From Deltaproteobacteria bacterium (GTDB lineage: Bacteria > Myxococcota_A > Polyangia > Polyangiales > Houyiibacteriaceae), in NCBI GenBank assembly GCA_034670305.1, contig JAXMNT010000023.1, forward strand, positions 47,986 to 111,985: a stretch of DNA of 64,000 nucleotides, read 5' to 3'. Below are positions 30,161 to 37,610 of this stretch, in pieces. A program made the position numbers and the translations under genes. Under the pieces are notes generated by a model. That model searched no databases and was not told the DNA's origin. It saw only the letters and a list, made by a program, of their open reading frames with translations. Every line of letters begins with the position of its first letter. The first letter of the stretch is position 1.

Positions 30161-31480
30161 CTAGCGCCCAGCCGCGGTCCGGCACCACGCTTCGACTTCG
30201 AGGATCGACGCTGGCACGTCGGCCGCCGGCTCGATCCCCGGCCCACTCGTGACGTGGATGCCGTTCCAGTCGTGGTTGCAGCCGTCGTGTCCGAGCGACA
30301 GCGGATCGAGCCGGGCCTGGCCATGCCCGACGGTCCCGATCGAACGGAAACCGAGGTCGCCGAACGCGCAAAAGAGATCGGGCGGCACGCCCCGGACGAC
30401 GTCGTAGAGTTCGTCGGGCGTCCACGTCTTCGTGTCGGCGGGCGCCTCCGACGCGATGAGCGCGCGCAATGTCTCGAGCGCGGCCGGCGCGTCGTTCGGT
30501 TCGACGGTCCCGGTCGGTTCCCGCCCTTTCACGTTGAGCCACAGCCGCGCGTAGTAGCCGCCTTCGCCCCACGCGCGGGTCTTCGTCCAGTCCACACAGT
30601 CGCGCAGCGGGGTGGCGGTGGTCGGGGTCTCGCGCAGCACCAGCCACCCATGCTGGATCAGCAGCTCGTTGATCGCGAAGCCGCCCTGCATCGCACGCGC
30701 GCCGTGGTCGCTGACCACGATCACCGTCGCGTGCCCAGCGTCGTTCAAGAGCCGTCCGAGTTCTTCGTCGACGGCCTTGTAGTAGCCGAGCGCGCGCTCG
30801 AACCACGGGTTGCCGGGCTCGTGACCAGGCGCGCCGGGGTCCAGGTGCCTCCACGCCGCGTGGTGCATCCGGTCGGGCCCCATCTCGACCATCATCTGGA
30901 AGTCGGGACGCCGCTCGGTCCACACGTGCCGCGCGATCGCGAAGTGCTGCGCGGTCATCGCGTGCAGCTCTTCGAAGATCCGGTTCAAGTCGCCGTCGCG
31001 AAACGACGCCACGTCCGACTGGTACGGGCCAAAGCGTGCATCGAGCTCTGCGCCGAACTTGGGCGGGAACGTCCAAGGCCCGTCCGCGTGAAGAAAACAG
31101 GACGCCATCACCCCGCGCACCGGCGCCGGTGGGGAGGTCAGCGGCACGAACAGCGCGGCGACCGAACGGCCGGCTTCGCCGAGGCGGTCCCACACCCGCT
31201 TGACCTTCACGTCGCGGCTCGTGGCCAGGCGCAGATCGTAGGTCGGCCGCGACCGCTCCACGACGCGGTTGCGAAACCCGTAGAGCCCGAGCGCGCCCGG
31301 ATCCTGACCCGACACCATCGACGTCCAGGCCGGCACCGTGATGGGCGGCATGGTGGATCGAAGCGGGCCCCAACGTCCTCGGCGACGGAGCGCGGTGAGG
31401 TTCGGCATCTCGGCGGCCCAGCGATCGAACGCGAGGGCCGGGGGCACACAGTCCAGACCGACGACGAGCACACGGGACAT
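30161..31480 (-). CDS. Alkaline phosphatase superfamily (type I phosphodiesterase/nucleotide pyrophosphatase) protein
   Basis: VVGLDC, STMPPITVPAW, DRMHH, VVSDHG, NHDWNG. Confidence 0.88.
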   Translation of the reverse strand: MSRVLVVGLDCVPPALAFDRWAAEMPNLTALRRRGRWGPLRSTMPPITVPAWTSMVSGQDPGALGLYGFRNRVVERSRPTYDLRLATSRDVKVKRVWDRLGEAGRSVAALFVPLTSPPAPVRGVMASCFLHADGPWTFPPKFGAELDARFGPYQSDVASFRDGDLNRIFEELHAMTAQHFAIARHVWTERRPDFQMMVEMGPDRMHHAAWRHLDPGAPGHEPGNPWFERALGYYKAVDEELGRLLNDAGHATVIVVSDHGARAMQGGFAINELLIQHGWLVLRETPTTATPLRDCVDWTKTRAWGEGGYYARLWLNVKGREPTGTVEPNDAPAALETLRALIASEAPADTKTWTPDELYDVVRGVPPDLFCAFGDLGFRSIGTVGHGQARLDPLSLGHDGCNHDWNGIHVTSGPGIEPAADVPASILEVEAWCRTAAGR

Positions 31481-31489
31481 CGGCGCACC

Positions 31490-32003
31490 CTAGCAGGTCG
31501 CTGAAAAGCGACCTGCTCCTTGCCGTTGCCCTTGCCCGTGCCCTTGCCCGCGTCGTGGACGCCGTGTGTTTCGCGACGGCGAGGCCGCGAATCGGAGCCC
31601 GATGCCCACGGACCGTCGGGCCGAGGCATCGAGGCCCGATATTGCTGGTCTCTCGCGGGGTTCCTGCGGGCCCAGACGCCTTCGGCTTTCTTGGGGCCCT
31701 GGGAAACGGCTCTGCAGCAGAGCCTCCCGCGCGAGAGACAATATATTGTCTCTCGCGCGCGAGGCTTCGGAGCAGGTCCGGAGCCGTTCCCGACGGGTTC
31801 CAGGACGGCCGAAGGCGTCCGCACCCGTCGGGACGCCGCGAGAGACCAGACAATATCGAACGGGCTCTCGCCCACCTTGAGCAGGTGCTCGTCGCGCTGA
31901 TCAAGCGATCTGACCGCTGATCCGCGGGCAAGGGCAAAGGCAAGGGCAGGGGCAAGGGGCAGGCTGCGACAACGCCCTGCGGGCGTTCTTCAGCAGCCTG
32001 CAG
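31490..32003. mobile_element. ~510-bp non-coding fold-back (MITE-like) element
   Basis: Begins at CTAG; imperfect terminal inverted repeats; subterminal GCCCTT/AAGGGC inverted arrays; central perfect 32-bp palindrome; left end repeated at 63875-64000. Confidence 0.75.
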
Positions 32004-32063
32004 GACCGCCCGCGACCTCCATTGGGCGTTTTCCAACCCGCGCCCACTGCGCTACAGGGCCCC

Positions 32064-32918
32064 ATGACTGAAATCCAGCGAGTGGCGGTGTTGGGCGCAG
32101 GAACGATGGGGCACGGGATCGCGCAGGTCTGCGCCGCCTCTGGCCTCACGGTGTCGTTGCGCGACCTGAACGACGAAGCCTTGCAGAAGGGGCTCGCCGG
32201 GATCCGCAGCAGCGTGGATCGACTCGTCGGCAAAGACCGGATGACCCGCGAGGCGGGCGACGCGCTGCTCGCGAAGATCTCGACGACGACTTCGGTCGAA
32301 GAAGCGGTCGCGCATGCGGACCTCGTGGTCGAAGCCGTGCCCGAAGTCATGAAGCTCAAGCTCGAGGTCTTTCAAGCCGTCGAGCAGCACGTGCCGAACC
32401 ACACGCTCTTCGCGACCAATACCTCTTCCCTGAGTGTCACCGAAATCGGCGCCGCCACCGGCCGCGCAGACAAGGTCGTGGGGCTTCACTTCTTCAACCC
32501 GGTCCCGGTGATGAAGCTGCTCGAGATCGTGCGGGGCCTCCGGACCAGCGACGCGACCATCGAGTCCGCGCGCACGCTCGCGGCGCGCATCGGCAAAGAA
32601 GCGATCGTCGTGAACGACTGGCCCGGGTTCGCCACCAGCCGCCTCGGCATCATTCTCGGCTGCGAAGCGATCCGGATGGTGGAGCAGGGCGTCGCCAGCC
32701 CGGCCGACATCGACAAGGCCATGGAGCTCGGATACCGACACCCGATGGGTCCGCTGCGCCTGACCGACTTGGTCGGACTGGACGTTCGGCTGCACATCAT
32801 GGAGCACCTGTTCGCGGAGCTCGGGGAACAGTTTCGACCGCCCGCGCTCCTGCGCCAGATGGTTCGCGCCGGCAAACTCGGTCGCAAGAGCGGCGAAGGC
32901 TTCTACGCCTACCCGTAG
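32064..32918 (+). CDS. hbd: 3-hydroxyacyl-CoA (3-hydroxybutyryl-CoA) dehydrogenase
   Basis: GAGTMGHGIA, EAVPE, TNTSSL, GLHFFNPVPVM, PMGPL, GRKSGEGFY. Confidence 0.9.
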   Translation: MTEIQRVAVLGAGTMGHGIAQVCAASGLTVSLRDLNDEALQKGLAGIRSSVDRLVGKDRMTREAGDALLAKISTTTSVEEAVAHADLVVEAVPEVMKLKLEVFQAVEQHVPNHTLFATNTSSLSVTEIGAATGRADKVVGLHFFNPVPVMKLLEIVRGLRTSDATIESARTLAARIGKEAIVVNDWPGFATSRLGIILGCEAIRMVEQGVASPADIDKAMELGYRHPMGPLRLTDLVGLDVRLHIMEHLFAELGEQFRPPALLRQMVRAGKLGRKSGEGFYAYP

Positions 32919-32961
32919 GCGGCGTCGGGCGGGCCTCACCCGTTTGTGGTAGGTGGTCGCC

Positions 32962-33792
32962 ATGAGAAGACTTCTCCTCCTTGGTCTGGTCGTGGGCTGC
33001 ACCGTGACGCTCACCGTCGACGCCACGCTCTACCGCCGACCCACCACCTACGATACCGCGGACAGCCCGCCGCCGCCGCTGCGCGCCGAAGCCAGCCCTG
33101 GCGAAGCGCCGGAGCTCGGCAGCATCTGGGTGAGCGGCCATTGGGAGTGGCGAGGGACGAGCTGGCGCTGGACGCCCGGCCGCTGGACCAAACCCCGCGA
33201 AGGCTACGTGTGGGAACCGCCGGTCTGCGTTGCGCTCGCCGGCACCTACCGATACCACCCGGGCTACTTCCGCCCGGCCGACGAGGAGCCGCCGGAGGAG
33301 TACCGAGCCCCGGGCCAGATCCAGCTGCACAACCCGTCGGGTGTGCGCCCAGACGTGCCGAGCCGCGTGCAGATCCGTCCGAACGAGCCGGCCCCCGAGA
33401 CCACCTGGGTCGCCCAGCGCCCCGATCCGGTCGCGCCGGACACCGAACGTGAAGTCGGCGCCAACCCAGAGCTCGGCGGCGGCGAGCCGCTCAACCCGCG
33501 CGTCGGCGCGGGCCAAGACGGCGTCACCGGTCCGACCGCGGGCGAAGCCGGCACCCAGACGGTGGAGCTGACCTGCAGCCTTCCGATCGCCCGTGTGCCC
33601 CGCGCGCAGGGCCGCTTCGTCATCAACGGCACCGGCTTCGATCTGGCGACGGTCGTGAAGGTCGGCGGCACGGTGCAGAGCATCCGCAGCACCCGCCCGA
33701 CCTCGCTCGACGTGAACATCGACCGCGGTGGCGTGGTCACCGTCCAGCGCGGCCAGACCCGCGTCGAGTGCGGTTCGATCGAACTGTTCTAG
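32962..33792 (+). CDS. Lipoprotein with WxxGxW repeats and an IPT/TIG-like C-terminal domain
   Basis: VVGC lipobox; IWVSGHWEW, WTPGRW, YHPGYF; INGTGF. Confidence 0.7.
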   Translation: MRRLLLLGLVVGCTVTLTVDATLYRRPTTYDTADSPPPPLRAEASPGEAPELGSIWVSGHWEWRGTSWRWTPGRWTKPREGYVWEPPVCVALAGTYRYHPGYFRPADEEPPEEYRAPGQIQLHNPSGVRPDVPSRVQIRPNEPAPETTWVAQRPDPVAPDTEREVGANPELGGGEPLNPRVGAGQDGVTGPTAGEAGTQTVELTCSLPIARVPRAQGRFVINGTGFDLATVVKVGGTVQSIRSTRPTSLDVNIDRGGVVTVQRGQTRVECGSIELF

Positions 33793-33856
33793 CAGGTCGC
33801 CCCGAAGGCGCCCTGGCCCTTGCCCTTGCCCTTGCCCCTGCCCTTGCCCTCGGTGA
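33789..33856. repeat. Truncated relative of the fold-back element left end
   Basis: CTAGCAGGTCGC identical to 31490-31501, then GCCCTT hexamers; 33827-33855 is the exact reverse complement of 42159-42187. Confidence 0.65.
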
Positions 33857-33956
33857 TTGTTCCGCGACCAAGAGCGCGGCCAACGCGCACCAACCCACAA
33901 CAAGCCAGCGTCGCGATGATCCCGTGACGCTGGTTTTGTGAGAGCCTCCCCGCGAG

Positions 33957-35678
33957 ATGAGCACCGGCTCCATCGTCGTGGTGCGCGAGTACTTCACGAC
34001 CGGCGATCCCCGTTTCCTCGAGGAGCTGTTCGCCTGCCAGGACCACGCGGCATTGGCGGGCTTCGCGCCGATGTTCTTCGGAGACCTGCGCCCTTGGGCC
34101 CGCGCCCAACTCGAGCGCTACATCGACGATGGGTGCGACCGGCCGTTTCACCGCGCGCTGGTCAAACGGGTCTTCAAAGCCGCCGAGCGTGCCGACGACG
34201 CGGAGCTCGTCGCCCGGTTCGCGGTGGCGTTCGACCGGCTCGTGTCGATGGAGCTGCGCACGGTCAAGAAACGCTTCTGGGGGCAAGGCCGCCGCGAAGT
34301 TCAGATCCTTCGCCGCAAAGGCAGCTACCCCGGTCGGCGCATCTGGTACGAGCCGAAGTCGGTGCAGAAGTGGAAGCCGCCGAGCCATGGTTCGGTCGGC
34401 GCGCAGTTCTCCTTGGCCACCCGTCAACATCTGCGGCGTCGCGCGCTGCGGTTTCTGCGCAAGCTCGGGCCACGGGACCCCGAGCGGTTCCTCGACTGTG
34501 CTTCGCTCAGCTTGCGGCTCTACGAAGACGCGCACTTCGACACCGGCGCGGACATCCCGGAGCGGTTCGCCCTGGTGAACTTGCTCTTTCAGTGGACCCC
34601 GGTGCTTTACCGCACGTCGCGCAAGATCTTCGTGACCCACGGCCGCAGCCTCGCGGATCTCCAAGCGTCGCTGCTGCACGAACACCTCTGGCTCGAGCAG
34701 CCCGAGCGCGTCGAGCAACTGCTGCCGCTGTGCCGCGCGCTTCTCGTCCGCCGCGCGCTGCTCGACTTCTACAACCGCGCGTTTCCCGACGCGCTGGACG
34801 AGGTGCCCTTCGAGCGACTGCGGCCACTGCTCGAGAGCGAACACCCGGACCTTCAGGCGTTCGGCATCGAGCGGCTGAAGAACGCAGAGGGACTCGAGCG
34901 GGTGTCGGTCGACGACTGGTTGCGACTGCTGCAGCTCGAGCATCCGGAGCTCTTGCCGATCGTGGTCCAGCAGATCGAAGCCCACGTGAGCCCGAGCCGG
35001 CTGACCGAAGCACAAAAGATGGCGATGGCGGTCCGGCCCGAAGTGCACGTCGCGCAGCTCGGACTTCGATGGCTGATCGAAGCCAACACAGATCTCGACG
35101 TGATGCTCCAGCTGCGGCACGCCACCTGTCCGGGTGTGCGTGCCGAAGCCGCGCTCTGGTTGGCGGATGCGATCGAAGAGCGGGGCAGCGTCGAGCAACT
35201 CCGCGAGATGCTCGATGCCCGCCACGACGACATGCGCTGCGCGGCGCAAGTGCTGCTCGAGCACGAACGGTTCCGCGACGAGACGAGGTTGTGGCTCGCG
35301 CTCGCGGAGTCGCCGTACCCGGAGATGCAGGCCCTGTTGACCCAGCACCTGGAAGAGCGCCGACGGGCGTTCGCAGGCGACGGGTCCGCAGTCCACCATC
35401 TGTGGGCCACGAGCCTGCTCTCCATCCATGGCGGCAGCCGAACCAAACGCCGGGTGCTCCGACAGATCGCGGACCGCATCGGCGAAGATCCGGGACAAGC
35501 CGAAGCACTCTTGCCCCTGCTTCGGATCTCGCTGCGTTCCGTGCGTCCCTCGGAACGCGGTGCGGGGTTGGCGGCGATTGCGCGGCTCGCGTTCACCGAC
35601 GCTTCGTTCGCAGCGCTGGTCGCGACGGAACTGCCCGAGCTTGATCTCGGGTTGAACGCCGAACCGGTGCCCGCATGA
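33957..35678 (+). CDS. Retron-associated alpha-solenoid (ARM/HEAT-like) protein
   Basis: Leu/Ala/Arg-rich helical repeats (LLESEHPDLQAFG, MLDARHDDMRCAA, LAESPYPEMQ); first gene of the RT operon; ATGA-coupled to the SWIM gene. Confidence 0.7.
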   Translation: MSTGSIVVVREYFTTGDPRFLEELFACQDHAALAGFAPMFFGDLRPWARAQLERYIDDGCDRPFHRALVKRVFKAAERADDAELVARFAVAFDRLVSMELRTVKKRFWGQGRREVQILRRKGSYPGRRIWYEPKSVQKWKPPSHGSVGAQFSLATRQHLRRRALRFLRKLGPRDPERFLDCASLSLRLYEDAHFDTGADIPERFALVNLLFQWTPVLYRTSRKIFVTHGRSLADLQASLLHEHLWLEQPERVEQLLPLCRALLVRRALLDFYNRAFPDALDEVPFERLRPLLESEHPDLQAFGIERLKNAEGLERVSVDDWLRLLQLEHPELLPIVVQQIEAHVSPSRLTEAQKMAMAVRPEVHVAQLGLRWLIEANTDLDVMLQLRHATCPGVRAEAALWLADAIEERGSVEQLREMLDARHDDMRCAAQVLLEHERFRDETRLWLALAESPYPEMQALLTQHLEERRRAFAGDGSAVHHLWATSLLSIHGGSRTKRRVLRQIADRIGEDPGQAEALLPLLRISLRSVRPSERGAGLAAIARLAFTDASFAALVATELPELDLGLNAEPVPA

Positions 35679-37321
35679 AGCTCGGGTACGTCGGCACGAG
35701 CGCCGTGGACCTCGGTCCGTACCGGTCGACGATCGGGTTCAAACCGAACCTCTGCCGCGAGCCGGTCTGGTTCGAGGGCGCGCTCCGGGACCCGGTGCGT
35801 TTCCGCGAGGTCATGAGCGCGCTGCACGAGATCGTGGTCGGGGACCTGCGCCCGCCCAAGAAGGATCGCAGCCGTCACGACGCGTACCTCCAGCGCAAAC
35901 AAGCCGACGAAGAGAAGCTGCGGGCGCAGCTCACCGAATCCGCGCAGTCCGAGATCCTCGCGGCGACGGTGGCCAAGCCGCTGCCCCCCGACTTTCAGAA
36001 GAAGTACCAGGAGGCCCATCAGATCTACTGGCACCTGCGCCGCAAGTGGGCGAGCGAACTGTGGCAGCACGACCGGGAACTCTTCCGGCACCTGGTTCCA
36101 TGCGATCCCGTCGTCACCGTGGCGCCCGACGTGGTGCTCTTCGAAGGCTTCAGCAAAGACGAGTCCAGCTACGGCTGCGTCAGCCTCGACCGCGGTGCGA
36201 TCGATGGCCAAAGCGTCTCGCTCGGCACCACCAACGTGGACTACTCGGTCGCGCTCTTCGAACACTTCCAGTCGCTGCGCAGCTACAAGGAGACGCGCCT
36301 GCACGTGGACCCGCAGGGGTTCGAGGTGAACACCGAAGGCAACGCGGACTACCGCGAAGAGAAGATCGAGCTGCCGCCGAGTTGGCTCGCGGGGTTCGGT
36401 CAGATCAGCGCGGCCGCGGCGCTCGATGCCACCGTCGTGCCGCTCTCCGTCGAAGCGCTCTACTCGCTGCTTGCCACACTTCGCCGCCGGCGTGCCCGCA
36501 CGAGCCCGCGCGCGATCCGATTCGAACTCGAGCCGGGCAAGTCGCCGCGCCTCGTGCTCGAACCGTGGGGCACCGCGATCGAATCGCGCGGACCCGCCTG
36601 GGGCGGCCGCAACGAACACATCCGGATCTGGGGCCGCCGGCGCCTGCTCGTCCTCGCGCGAGCGCTGCCCTTCGTCGACCGGTGCGAAGTGCATCTGCTC
36701 GGCACGGGGCTGCCGAGTTTCTGGGTGCTGCACCTCGGACCGATGCGGCTCACCCTGGCGCTCAGCGGGTGGACCACCAATGACTGGACGAGCGGCGCGG
36801 CGCTCGACGCATTGGCTGGCGAAGTCGATCCCGACGAGACCACCATGGAGCAGGTCTCGCAGGTGCTCTTTCGCGAACGCGCGACTTCGTTCGCGGGCAT
36901 CGCCTCCGACGTACCCGCGGGCGATGCGAAGATCGCGGCGGCGCTGCACCGCTTGGCCAAACGCGGCCAGTGTGTGTTCGACGTGGGTGCGGGCGTGTAC
37001 CGCTGGCGGCAGATCCTGCCCGAAGCGATCGGCGAAGCGCAGCTCGGTCCAGAGCCGGTCGAGAAGACCGAAGGCCGCAAACTCTTCGCCGGTCACAAGG
37101 TGCGCATCACCCGCGACGAACGGGTGGGCGACAAGCGGCTCCTGCAAGGCACCGTGCAGGGCACCAAGTGCGAGACCTTGCTCGACCTCGACGGCCGCAT
37201 GCGCCAAGCGGTCTGCATCTGTGCGCACCACAAGAAGTTCGGGATCAAACAGGGTCCCTGCCGGCATCTGCTGGCGCTCCGTCTCGAAGCGCCCGCCGAT
37301 GCCATGAAGGGCGCACCATGA
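35675..37321 (+). CDS. Retron-associated winged-helix + SWIM zinc-finger protein
   Basis: C-terminal CIC-x12-CRH SWIM motif; wHTH-like segment ending GVYRWR; DPVVTV...FEGFSKDES N-terminal motif. Confidence 0.85.
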   Translation: MKLGYVGTSAVDLGPYRSTIGFKPNLCREPVWFEGALRDPVRFREVMSALHEIVVGDLRPPKKDRSRHDAYLQRKQADEEKLRAQLTESAQSEILAATVAKPLPPDFQKKYQEAHQIYWHLRRKWASELWQHDRELFRHLVPCDPVVTVAPDVVLFEGFSKDESSYGCVSLDRGAIDGQSVSLGTTNVDYSVALFEHFQSLRSYKETRLHVDPQGFEVNTEGNADYREEKIELPPSWLAGFGQISAAAALDATVVPLSVEALYSLLATLRRRRARTSPRAIRFELEPGKSPRLVLEPWGTAIESRGPAWGGRNEHIRIWGRRRLLVLARALPFVDRCEVHLLGTGLPSFWVLHLGPMRLTLALSGWTTNDWTSGAALDALAGEVDPDETTMEQVSQVLFRERATSFAGIASDVPAGDAKIAAALHRLAKRGQCVFDVGAGVYRWRQILPEAIGEAQLGPEPVEKTEGRKLFAGHKVRITRDERVGDKRLLQGTVQGTKCETLLDLDGRMRQAVCICAHHKKFGIKQGPCRHLLALRLEAPADAMKGAP

Positions 37322-37342
37322 CGATGCGCCGTAGTCTCAGTT

Positions 37343-37596
37343 TTCATCTCTTCGAGGAGAACCATCCGCACGAGCCCATCATGCCTCGGCGTTACGCCGC
37401 GGTGGAGTTTCGCTTCCCATCCATCCCCACGCCCGATGCTCTTGGTTGGCCCCGCACGCCCACTCATCGCTACCCCACGAAGGGACCCCCCATTGCATGG
37501 GGGGTGCCGGTAGCGAGAGTGGGCAGCGGGGCCTGGGGTGATCGGCCGTGGTCCGGAGCACGAAGTCGAGTGGGTGGTTCTCCTCGAGAAGATGAA
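37343..37596 (+). ncRNA. msr-msd: Retron msr-msd non-coding RNA
   Basis: 25-bp a1/a2 inverted repeat (37343-37367 / 37572-37596), short msr hairpins, long msd hairpin 37427-37551, directly upstream of the RT. Confidence 0.85.
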
Positions 37597-37610
37597 GGGG
37601 GCTAGACAGC

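Noticed and set aside
31207-32036. ORFs called across the fold-back element
   Set aside because: Low-complexity translations of palindromic/hexamer DNA on both strands; no transposase motifs
37318-37605. 95-aa ORF (MTMRRSLSF...) overlapping the SWIM stop and spanning the gap before the RT
   Set aside because: It lies entirely over the msr-msd structure and has a Pro/Arg/Gly-rich, motif-less sequence; better explained as ncRNA, though translation is not excluded
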